In this document: piece by piece, positions 29,751 to 39,326 of the stretch
Layout: the number at the start of each line of letters is the position of its first letter
How positions within the stretch are numbered: position 1 is the first letter of the stretch
Origin: Promethearchaeota archaeon
GTDB lineage: Archaea; Asgardarchaeota; Lokiarchaeia; Sigyniarchaeales; SOKP01
Direction: 5' to 3'
NCBI GenBank assembly: GCA_048938855.1
Contig: JBHLLT010000003.1
Location: forward strand, 64,001-128,000
DNA length: 64,000 nt
Notes under the pieces: model-generated
The model's database searches: none
What the model was told of the DNA's origin: nothing
The model's input: the letters and a program-made list of their open reading frames with translations, nothing else
Made by a program: the position numbers and the translations under genes

Positions 29751-31727
29751 CTATTCCTCTATTGGTAATAATTCATCTACTAAAGCCATATATTGTTGAT
29801 CTCTAAAGTAAGTTAATTCTATTGCTTTTGATGGACATAATGATGCACAAGTGCCACATCCCCGACAATTTATTAAATCGACGACAATGTTTCCAGTTTC
29901 ATTTATCGAAATAGCTGTATAAGGACACGCTTCAATACATTTATAACATTTCGCACAACGTTCATCTGATGGTGTAGCTCGAATTAATTCCATAGTATAT
30001 TCTCCTTTTCCCATCGGAATGCCTGCAACTGATGCTGCTCCTCTTGCTTGACTCACAGCTTTGTCTATCTCTTTTTGCCCTTGAGCAGAACCACAAATGT
30101 AGATTCCTGGAACTTTAGTGCTAATAGGATCAAGTCTGGCATGGTATTCTTTTAAGAAACCATCAGGACTTTTTTCCATATTTAGTACTTTAGCAATTTC
30201 TATAGTACCTTGAGATGGTAGAGACGCTGGGGATAATACTACCATATGAAATTCCATAGTAACTACACTGTCAGTTCCAACCGGTTCAAATTGTACTATA
30301 AGATTTTTTGTAAGTGGATCTTCTTCAATTTTTCCTACTAAACCCTTAACAAATATAATTCCGGCATTTCGAGATCTTCTATAATATTCTTCATAATCTT
30401 TCCCTGCGCATCTCATATCTATATAACAACAAACTATCTGCGAATCTGGGTACTCTGATTTTATTAATTTTGAGTTTTTGAGAGACAGATTGCAACAAAT
30501 TACACTACAATGTGCATTTTTGTTGACATCTCTAGATCCTACGCAATTGATGAATAGAACTTTTGTAGGACGTTTTCCATCTGATGGACGCTTTAAATGT
30601 CCATATGTGGGGCCATTTGGAGCAAGTATCCTCTCTAGCTGTATTTGATTAATAACGTTATCGTAAATACCGTAACCATAATCATCTCCTTGGTAAAGAT
30701 CCCAACCAGTCGCAACTATTATTGTACCAACCTTGAGCTCCACAATTTCATCCTGCTGACTAAAATCTATAGCTTGTTGTTCACAAGCATCAACGCAAGC
30801 GAAACATTCAATGCAAGCTTCTCTATTAAGCTGTGATATTGCTGGAACTGCCTGTGCAAAAGCAATATCGATAACCTTTCTTGCGGAGAGATTTTCATCA
30901 AAGTAATTGCTAATATAGACGGGGCATACATCTGTACATGTCCCACAACCTGTACATTTGTCTTCAAGAACAAATCGAGCTTTCCTTCTAACTTTGACAT
31001 CAAAATTGCCAATGTAACCATCGATTTCAGAAACTTCACTGAAAGATAAGATTTCTATATTTGGATGACGATTAGCTTCAAGCATTTTTGGTCCCAAGAT
31101 TCATATGCTGCAATCATCTGTAGGGAACGTTCTATCGAGTTGTGACATTCGTCCTCCAATAGTGGTATTCTTTTCAACTAAATAGACTTTATATCCAGCA
31201 TCTCCTAAATCAATAGCTGCTGATAATCCGGCAATCCCTCCACCTACTACGAGAGCAGATGGTTCTACTGGCACAGTTTTAGTTGGTACATCTTCCAATA
31301 ATTTAGCTCGAGCAATGCCTGCTTTAATTAATTCAATTGCTTTTAAGGTAGCTTTTTCCCGCACTTCCGGAGCCTGATGAACGAATGAACAATGCTCTCG
31401 AATGTTTACAAATTCTAAATATCTTGGAGGCAAACCCATCTCAGTTAATATGGCATGAAAAACTGGTTGATGAGTTTTTGGAGTACATGCCGCAACTAAA
31501 ACCCTATTAAAGTTGACTTCTTCATGTTTTTCCTTGATTTCAGTAGATCCACCTTCAGTACATAGAGACAAATATGGGTAAGCCCAAACATTATCTAATT
31601 TATTTATTTCCTCGACAATCTTTGGAATATCTAAGATTCCTGCAATGTTGATACCTCAGTGACACACAAACACACCTATTCTAGGTTTTTCTTCGTTTTC
31701 ATTTTCGTTGGTCTGCTTTTCAGACAC
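29751..31727 (-). CDS. hdrA: Heterodisulfide reductase subunit A; selenoprotein with 2 Sec (658 aa)
   Basis: One frame from GTG 31727 (GGTGG SD). RIGVFVCH(U)GINIAG has UGA at 31656-31658. GGGIAG FAD motif. LDRTFPTDDCSI(U)ILGPKM has UGA at 31101-31103. Also ferredoxin motifs and CVGSRD. This joins track ORFs 31101-31571 and 29751-31097. Confidence 0.93.
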
Positions 31728-31895
31728 TTTAACCACCTTAAGTTAAACCTAACCTCCTAATTTTTATATGGTATCTTCTCTCTTAGTTTCTTAGAGTAAA
31801 TACAAGAATTTAATTTATGATATTGTAAATAGTTTATATTATTAAAATTCAATTGTTATAACAAGTAACTTCTCTTTTGGTATTTCTTAGTGAGT

Positions 31896-32372
31896 TTATA
31901 ATTTTAATATCATTTCTTTATCACCATCGTTTTCTCTAAAACCATATTTCTCGTATAAAGGTCTGCCAGAGGGAGTTGCATGTAGCATCACTGAATGAAT
32001 CCCCTCTTTTTTAATCTCTTCAAATAAGTTGTTGAGTAGCGCTGAACCAATACCTTTTCTCCGCCATTTAGGATTAGTATACATATTCATAATATAAGCA
32101 AACTTACCAGTCATATTTATGAAATGAGGTGGCTTTTGCAGGAAGGATAAACCACTAGTAGCAATTATTTCATTATTAGATTCTGCTAACCAAGCGATAA
32201 ATTCGTTAGATTTCATCTTATCAAGAAAAAATTGCCCTAATATTTCTCGGAAAATTTCCATATCTTTAACGGAGGGAATTTCTTGGATTTCTGATAAAAA
32301 CTTAATGCGGAAATCAATTAAATTGTCTATATCATCAAGATTAGCTTTTCTTAGGGAGTACATAAATATCAA
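31896..32372 (-). CDS. GNAT N-acetyltransferase
   Basis: NMYTNPKWRRKGIG and GRPLYEKYGF motifs. Confidence 0.9.
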   Translation of the reverse strand: MIFMYSLRKANLDDIDNLIDFRIKFLSEIQEIPSVKDMEIFREILGQFFLDKMKSNEFIAWLAESNNEIIATSGLSFLQKPPHFINMTGKFAYIMNMYTNPKWRRKGIGSALLNNLFEEIKKEGIHSVMLHATPSGRPLYEKYGFRENDGDKEMILKL

Positions 32373-32528
32373 ATAAGTTGAAAAATATTTAACTATTCTT
32401 ATTGGACTAGATAAAGAATCAAATTATTTTAACTAAGGACAAAAGTATCATAAAAATTTTTAAAGCAAATTTAACGTATTAATAAGTTATTTGAATTGTA
32501 TTATGAAATAAATAGAGAATGATTTATA

Positions 32529-33023
32529 TTGAGTGAAATTAAGAAATTTTTTTGGTTAATCCCTTTAATTGGGGCTACTCTGTCATTATTTGGATTATTT
32601 ATTCCAACTTGGTATAGTCCTCCGGTTTGGGTAGGATATTGGTGGATGATAGGTTTAATTTATCATGTCACTGGAGGTAATGTAATCGAGTTTGGCCCGC
32701 TTGAAATATCGATTCCTAGTCTTATAGCTTTTGGTTTAATCGCTCTAAGTTCAGCAATAATTATTCTCAATTCCATATTTAAATCAAGAAATAAAACTCT
32801 TTGGGGGAATCCTGAGAACTTGTGGATAAAAATGGCATTAATTGAAACTAGTGCTGTCATATTTTATATCATAAGTGTACAAATAGGTTTTTTTATTAAT
32901 ACAAGCCTTGTTTTTTGGGATCGACATCTAATTCAATTTGGTTTGATTACCCCTTTTATCGGAGCTGGATTAACTCTGATAGGGGCAATTCTAGAGATTA
33001 AGTTAAATCGGACTACAAAATGA
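32529..33023 (+). CDS. Hypothetical 4-TM membrane protein
   Basis: 164-aa ORF with four hydrophobic segments. Confidence 0.6.
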   Translation: MSEIKKFFWLIPLIGATLSLFGLFIPTWYSPPVWVGYWWMIGLIYHVTGGNVIEFGPLEISIPSLIAFGLIALSSAIIILNSIFKSRNKTLWGNPENLWIKMALIETSAVIFYIISVQIGFFINTSLVFWDRHLIQFGLITPFIGAGLTLIGAILEIKLNRTTK

Positions 33024-33184
33024 ATGATTCAATAATATAAAAAGAGTAAGAAAAAAAAACCAAATAATAAAAATTTAGAATTAAGCTTTAGATTGGTATT
33101 TTCATTAACTTAATTTTGTCATTTTAAAATCAATAATACAAATTATCTTAAATTTTTTTAAATCATATCCTAATATTAAAATTC

Positions 33185-34609
33185 TCAAGTTTTTCTATTT
33201 GCAACTCCTTTTTCTTTTAAATAATTGAGATATTCAATTTCCTTCTTTTCATGAATCTTAATTAATTCTTCTTTTTTAGATAACCATTCAGGTCCTTCTA
33301 AACGGTATAAAATCATTGTTATTGCTCCTATTATCAAAAATATCGCGGGTAATAGTGCAAATCCTATTAATATTCCTAGTTGGGCAAGATAGTCTTGGGA
33401 TTGAATTCCTTCCTGAAAACCAAACCTTGAAATAATTGTTAAAAATAGCCAATTCGCAATTGATATGGCCGGTTTAGTAAGTAAAGCGTTTATCCCCGAG
33501 TAGGTGGTTTCTCTCCTCTTGCCTGTTCTTGTTTCATCATAGTCTACAATATCAGCAATAATAACTTGATTCGTTAGCATATAACCTGACATTCCAATGC
33601 CAATAAAAATAAATCCGATTAATGCAGTTCCAAAATTCCATCCAATGAAAAACACTAGTATAAAACTTAATCCTGTCCATAAAATTGAAAAAATAAATGT
33701 TTTTTTAACCCCATACCAAACAATTAATTTATTAAAAACAATAAAAAAAGCAAAAATTACAAGAAAAACAATCATTAATGGAATTGAGGCTTTAAAGCCG
33801 CTAATTACAAGAACATAATCAAGATAATAGTAAATTCCTGTAGTTAGAATTGTTTGTGCCAAGGTAAATGAAAAATTAGATATTTCAAAAATTAAGAAAG
33901 GTTTATTCTTAAACGTCTCAACAATACCCTTGGTCACCGGAAGGGGAGTTTCCAATTGCGTATACTTATTCTCCTTTAAGTAAAAACTACTTATGAATAA
34001 TATTATAGCCGAGATGATTCCCACAATAATCATAGTAAAAAGAAAGACAGAGTCATCTACTAGCGCCTCATTTCCTGTTAGCAAAACTATTGGCAATATG
34101 AAAGAAATTAGTAACCCAATTGAATTTAAAATATTCCCATAAACTAATAAATTAGCTCTTTCTTTTGCGGTCATTGCCATTTCTGCAGGGAGAGTAAAAT
34201 TAATGAGCCCTAATATAGTAAATATAGTATCAAATGCAAAAAGAACAATTAAAAAATTTATAAAAAGAGCTATTTGATTTGTTATATCTACAAAAGGAAA
34301 CCAACATAATATAAAAATAATACCATAAACTGGAGCACCAAACCGAATGTAGAAAATTCTTCTCCCGTACTTCTCAGATTTGGTTCTATCTCCTATAAAA
34401 CCAAAAAGAGGATCATTAATCGCATTCCATAATGAAAATATCATCCAAGCTATTCCAATTAATTCCGGATTTAATCCTAATCTCACATTATAAAAAAAAG
34501 TTATCGCAGAAAAAGTTATTTGAGATGGTAAGCTTATACCAGCCCCAAGTCCCCCATAAGCTAGCTTAGATTTTAACGGTAATTTACTCATAGTCATTTT
34601 TTCTTTCAA
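33185..34609 (-). CDS. MFS transporter, GPH (glycoside-pentoside-hexuronide) family
   Basis: WNAINDPLFG, YGRR and ADIVDYDETRTGKRRE motifs; about 12 TM. Confidence 0.9.
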   Translation of the reverse strand: MKEKMTMSKLPLKSKLAYGGLGAGISLPSQITFSAITFFYNVRLGLNPELIGIAWMIFSLWNAINDPLFGFIGDRTKSEKYGRRIFYIRFGAPVYGIIFILCWFPFVDITNQIALFINFLIVLFAFDTIFTILGLINFTLPAEMAMTAKERANLLVYGNILNSIGLLISFILPIVLLTGNEALVDDSVFLFTMIIVGIISAIILFISSFYLKENKYTQLETPLPVTKGIVETFKNKPFLIFEISNFSFTLAQTILTTGIYYYLDYVLVISGFKASIPLMIVFLVIFAFFIVFNKLIVWYGVKKTFIFSILWTGLSFILVFFIGWNFGTALIGFIFIGIGMSGYMLTNQVIIADIVDYDETRTGKRRETTYSGINALLTKPAISIANWLFLTIISRFGFQEGIQSQDYLAQLGILIGFALLPAIFLIIGAITMILYRLEGPEWLSKKEELIKIHEKKEIEYLNYLKEKGVANRKT

Positions 34610-34733
34610 ATGTAATTTAGATAAAAAGATATACTTAAAACTATTGACTCTACTGACTTATAATTTGAAAATCCGATTAATTATAGCTAAAAAAATTAAG
34701 AATAAAAAATAAAAGATTTTGAAAATAAAAAAT

Positions 34734-35294
34734 TTAGGCTTCAGTTTCTTTCAATATTTCGCCAAAAAGGCGCTTTACAGCATCAATTCGCTTTTCTTCT
34801 CCAATTTGTTCTACATTTTTTAATGAAATTGCCTCTTTTGGACAAACGTCAATACAAGCAGGATATTTTTCTCCTCTCTCAGGATTAATGTAATCATCTT
34901 TCATTGTATCGCAGAGGTCACAAATAAGAGCCTTCTGGGATTGGATATGCAAGCTTAGAACACCAAAATCGCATGCTCTAATACAAAAAGCGCATCCATT
35001 ACATTTATCATCGTCTACGATAATTGAACCTGTTTCTTTATCTTGTTCTAAAGCTTTTTCGGGACAACTTCTAACACAGGGAGCATCATCACATTTTTGG
35101 CATGCTAACGCAACATTTAAGATAGGTTCAATCCTTACCCTATGGATTCTTGTATTTATTGGATTAAACTCACCATCATGGACAAAAGAACAAACTGATT
35201 CACATGTTTCGCACCCTGTACATAAATCAGGATCGACAACAATAAATTGGTGGACAACTCCGCCTCTCTTTTTAGTTGTTTGTGTTTTTGACAT
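34734..35294 (-). CDS. 4Fe-4S ferredoxin subunit associated with AOR
   Basis: CTGCETCESVC, CQKCDDAPCVRSCP, CNGCAFCIRAC and CDLC; abuts the AOR stop codon. Confidence 0.9.
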   Translation of the reverse strand: MSKTQTTKKRGGVVHQFIVVDPDLCTGCETCESVCSFVHDGEFNPINTRIHRVRIEPILNVALACQKCDDAPCVRSCPEKALEQDKETGSIIVDDDKCNGCAFCIRACDFGVLSLHIQSQKALICDLCDTMKDDYINPERGEKYPACIDVCPKEAISLKNVEQIGEEKRIDAVKRLFGEILKETEA

Positions 35295-37229
35295 TTATTT
35301 CTTACCTCCAGCGGGGTTTAATTTACCAATTACAAAATCTAATCCAAGAGACTTCAAGGTATCATCAGTTGGAATTCCTGTTTTAGAATCCCATCCTCGA
35401 GCTTCGTAATAACCACTTAATAACTTTTGATAACCATCTTCCTTCAAAGTGACTCCCTTTGCAGGTCCTCTTGTATGCGCTTCTTTAAAGAATCGATCAG
35501 GAGGTCTATCATCATTTCTGGTCCAACCTTCTCGTATATTAAAACATTTTGAAAGTGTTACGATCGCATCTCCTCTTAATTTAATAAAATCTTCAGTTAC
35601 GGGAATCCCTGTGACTAGCTCAAAAACTTTGGCCATTTCTGCATCGTTTTCATAAATTCCTCGAGTAAATTTACATACGATATATGAATCAATTATGGCA
35701 TAGATGTCTTCTAATGATTTGATGGCCTTCCCTCTCTCGACAGGTTTATCATAAGCAAATCTGTCGAAGTTACCTTTAGCATCGAGTCCATAAGAGCCAT
35801 TTCTTAAATGACATGCGCCACGAATAGAAACACTCATTCCCACTGCAAATGAGTTCATGCCATGTACGTCAAAAGCAGGTATTTCTAATCCTTTAATATG
35901 CATACCATAATAACTTGCATTTTTTCTGCCCATTTCTTCTAATCGCTTTCCAGCTTCACGAGTTCCATCTCCAAAAATCTTACCTGCAAACCCTTTACCA
36001 AGAATCATTTCCTCTGTAAATCTCACAAGATTAACTGTAGAGCCAAAAGGTAATTCATAGCCTAAATCTTCTTTAGTGATAATTCCTTCTTCGAAACATT
36101 CGCACGCCATAGCGGCCGTTACGCCTGCACTAATAGCATCTACACCTAAATCATCAGTTAAAGACACACATTTAAACACAGTAGGCCAATCGAAATTGCC
36201 GCAAGCAGAACCAAAACTATAACACAATTCTTGATCAATACTTGAATAGAGATTAGGCCAATTTGGGTGATCTTTTGGTATCTTAGTGATATGATCACAC
36301 CCTATAGAACATTGAGAACACGCAACTTTTTTAACCACCCAATCTTGATTTAATATATCCCCAGTAAAAGTTCCATCATCAACTTTATCCCAGGTACCTT
36401 CACGATGATTGAAAGTAGGCATCATTCCAAGTTTATTATAACTGGTTATTCCTGCGGGAGTACCTAAATCACGATACTTAGCAGTCGCGGGGCCATTTGC
36501 AACCTTAATTAGCTTTTTAGCTAATTTAAAGAACTCTACAGGCTGTGCAACATTAATTCCTTTAGTACCTCTAAAACATATTGCTTTTAGGTTTTTAGAT
36601 CCCATAACAGCGCCCATTCCGGTTCTTCCAGCTTGCCTATTGCGATCATTAGTGATACTTCCCATGTGACTAGCACGTTCTCCTCCTGGGCCAATAGTCA
36701 TTATTCCAAGACGATAATCTTGAAATTCATTTCTTAGAATTTCTTCTGTTTCCCAACATCCTTTTCCCCATACTGTGTCTTTACATGGTACTAAGTAGTG
36801 ATCATCATCATCAATAACCAGGTAAACAGGCTCTGGAGCTTTACCTTTAACCACAATCATATTAATACCAGCACGTCTTGCTTGAGCTGCAACGGAACCA
36901 GAAGAAATTGCCATCCCAAACATATTTGTTAAGGGAGATTTAGCAAATACCCCATATTTACTGGAAGTAGGTAAGATCGTTCCTGGAAAAGGACCCTGTG
37001 CATAAACGAAGACGTTCTCAGGACTTAGAGGATCAACACCAGCTGGACATTCGTCCCACAACACCTTACTTGCAAAACCATATCCACCAATCCAATCTCT
37101 ACAGAATTCATTTGATAATGTAGATTTACTAATTTTTCCATCTGTGAGATTAACATCAAGTCGAACCTGCGTAAACCCTTTTACTTTATCAGGAACAGCT
37201 ATTTCCTTAGTTTTACTCATGTTTTTCAC
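35295..37229 (-). CDS. aor: Tungsten-dependent aldehyde:ferredoxin oxidoreductase
   Basis: KSPLT, GRTGMGAVMGSKNLKAI, CSQCSIGC, KGLEIPAFD, RGACHL and YYEARGWD motifs. Confidence 0.92.
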   Translation of the reverse strand: MKNMSKTKEIAVPDKVKGFTQVRLDVNLTDGKISKSTLSNEFCRDWIGGYGFASKVLWDECPAGVDPLSPENVFVYAQGPFPGTILPTSSKYGVFAKSPLTNMFGMAISSGSVAAQARRAGINMIVVKGKAPEPVYLVIDDDDHYLVPCKDTVWGKGCWETEEILRNEFQDYRLGIMTIGPGGERASHMGSITNDRNRQAGRTGMGAVMGSKNLKAICFRGTKGINVAQPVEFFKLAKKLIKVANGPATAKYRDLGTPAGITSYNKLGMMPTFNHREGTWDKVDDGTFTGDILNQDWVVKKVACSQCSIGCDHITKIPKDHPNWPNLYSSIDQELCYSFGSACGNFDWPTVFKCVSLTDDLGVDAISAGVTAAMACECFEEGIITKEDLGYELPFGSTVNLVRFTEEMILGKGFAGKIFGDGTREAGKRLEEMGRKNASYYGMHIKGLEIPAFDVHGMNSFAVGMSVSIRGACHLRNGSYGLDAKGNFDRFAYDKPVERGKAIKSLEDIYAIIDSYIVCKFTRGIYENDAEMAKVFELVTGIPVTEDFIKLRGDAIVTLSKCFNIREGWTRNDDRPPDRFFKEAHTRGPAKGVTLKEDGYQKLLSGYYEARGWDSKTGIPTDDTLKSLGLDFVIGKLNPAGGKK

Positions 37230-37406
37230 AACTAGTTGTAAGTTTATATTTTAAATAGATTGTAGATATTAAAAATAAATAACCAAAATTTTAAAGGTTA
37301 CTTGTTAATCCTAAAAATCTCTCACATTAAAATTCTTATATAATGAATTTATCTAAATAATTGAATAATAAATAGTTTACAAATCTGTAAAAAATGAAAA
37401 AAGTAA

Positions 37407-39197
37407 TTATTTTGTTAGTTTTTCTAACTGATCTACAAATTCCTCAAATTGCTTAATTCCAAGTTGCCAAAAATCAGCTTTAGTAATATCTAAACCTACA
37501 ATCTTACTTAGCTCTTCTGGTGATAAGCTACAACCGGCACTTAAAAGTTTCTTAAATTTAAGAACAAATTCTTTACCCTCATTTTTATATGTATGATATA
37601 ATGCGTAAACGAAGAGCTGGGCATAAATATAAGGGTAATTGTAGAAACGAAAGTTTGGAAGGAAATAATGCGGTGCGGTGATCCAAATCCATTTCATCTC
37701 ATCAAACCATTCAATAGAATCTCTATATACATTATCTCTAGCAGCACACCAGTACTGAGATATCGTTTGTCCATCTAAAAATTCACCTTTATTAATTGCG
37801 TTATAGAGATTCTGTTCAAATCTAAATCGTGCACTATGGCTAAAAATATAACTCGCAAGATTTATTTGGTTTGTTAACAATGAAATCCTTTCATTTTTAG
37901 CCTTAATAGTATTTAATAAATAGTCAGTCAATAATAACTCACCAAATTTTGACGCGGTCTCCGCTACTACCATTCCTGGGATATAATTTAAAAATGTTTG
38001 TTCTCTAGACGAGAGATAACTATGAATTCCATGACCCATTTCATGAGTGACAAAAAGCAAATCACTCACCAATCCTTTGAAAGAAGTCAATATAAAGGCA
38101 GATTTTCCTTTATACCAAGGATAACAGTAAATTCCCCCCGTTTTACCTTCTCTCGTACTCGCATCAATATGATTTCTAATAAACATATCGTTTGCATATT
38201 CACCAAATATTTCATCAAATTTAGCATAAACTCGGACAATAAGTTCCTTTGCTTCTTCCCATGTATACCTCTTCTCAAAAGGGGGAAAAGCCCATAAGTC
38301 AACACCATTTAACTTTGGCAGATTTAGTAGTTTTTCTTTAATTTTTAAGAATTTTTGATAAATTCCGATATTATCCTCTATTGTTTTAATTAGACTATCA
38401 ATGATGTGTTGAGTAGTATCATTATCAAGGAGACTTTGATGGATAGGGTTATCATAATGTCTCCGATTCACAATTTTTACCCAATCACTGCAAATATATC
38501 TTAGTGCTGAAGAATATATTTCTTCTTCATTTCCTAATGAACCGCAAACTGCTTTAATCACAGATATTCGAGTGCTTCTGTCTGGATGATGCAATAAAGG
38601 AACAAAATCGCTAATAGTTATCATCTTTTCTTTTCCTTCAACTCTAACTTTAAATTTTCTAGAACTCATCCATGAATCTTTTAATTGTTCCCATGCGATA
38701 ACACCAGATTCATCTTTTTCTAAAATTATTTGTTCTTCGGTTTCTGACAGTTTATAAGGAGACTTTGCTTTAATTTTTTTAAGATAATGTTGATAGTTAT
38801 TAAGAACTTCTTTTTCTACTAATTGAGGGTTAGTGTTAACCAATTTTCCTATTTCTAACTCCAAAAATGCTAATTTTTTTTCTAAAGATGTTTTTAAATT
38901 TTGATATTTATTAAGCAGTTCTTTATTTTCGGGAATAAGTGTATTTGCATTAAATAAATTCCAACAAAAGACTTCTAAATCTTGCTGACCTACTAATATT
39001 GATTCATATTTTTCTAATAGATTGTGCAAATTTTGGGCAGAAAAATTGGTGGTGTTAATTCTACCTTTGTATTCATTTACAATTTCATCAGAATCTTTAA
39101 GGAGAGCATCCATATTTTCTGAAATTTTCGGGTCATCACATCCAGAAAAAATCTCGCTTAAATCCCATGCGATTTCTTTTTCAGTCATCATAAACAA
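37407..39197 (-). CDS. pepF: M3B oligoendopeptidase F
   Basis: HEMGHGIH zincin motif, AETAS and FYNYPYIYAQL. Confidence 0.88.
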   Translation of the reverse strand: MFMMTEKEIAWDLSEIFSGCDDPKISENMDALLKDSDEIVNEYKGRINTTNFSAQNLHNLLEKYESILVGQQDLEVFCWNLFNANTLIPENKELLNKYQNLKTSLEKKLAFLELEIGKLVNTNPQLVEKEVLNNYQHYLKKIKAKSPYKLSETEEQIILEKDESGVIAWEQLKDSWMSSRKFKVRVEGKEKMITISDFVPLLHHPDRSTRISVIKAVCGSLGNEEEIYSSALRYICSDWVKIVNRRHYDNPIHQSLLDNDTTQHIIDSLIKTIEDNIGIYQKFLKIKEKLLNLPKLNGVDLWAFPPFEKRYTWEEAKELIVRVYAKFDEIFGEYANDMFIRNHIDASTREGKTGGIYCYPWYKGKSAFILTSFKGLVSDLLFVTHEMGHGIHSYLSSREQTFLNYIPGMVVAETASKFGELLLTDYLLNTIKAKNERISLLTNQINLASYIFSHSARFRFEQNLYNAINKGEFLDGQTISQYWCAARDNVYRDSIEWFDEMKWIWITAPHYFLPNFRFYNYPYIYAQLFVYALYHTYKNEGKEFVLKFKKLLSAGCSLSPEELSKIVGLDITKADFWQLGIKQFEEFVDQLEKLTK

Positions 39198-39326
39198 CTT
39201 ATATAATTATTGAAACGTGCCCATTAACTTTTCTGTAAGTAATTATACCTTTTAAGTGTATGCCAATATTTCCAAGAAATTAGAACAAATAAAGCAGACT
39301 ATGAGAAAAGATAAGTTAGCAAAATA

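Noticed and set aside
29280-31727. hdrA/mvhD as pseudogenes, or a genome-wide reassignment of UGA
   Set aside because: All four UGAs hit conserved Cys positions with no frameshifts and a SECIS follows. Many other genes (tfb, GTPases, SNF2, MFS) end naturally at TGA, so UGA is still a stop elsewhere.
31853-37239. 12-bp palindromes upstream of redox operons (TTGTTATAACAA 31853-31864; ACAACTAGTTGT 37228-37239) as a shared regulon motif
   Set aside because: The two sequences do not share a consensus, and short AT-rich palindromes are expected by chance.
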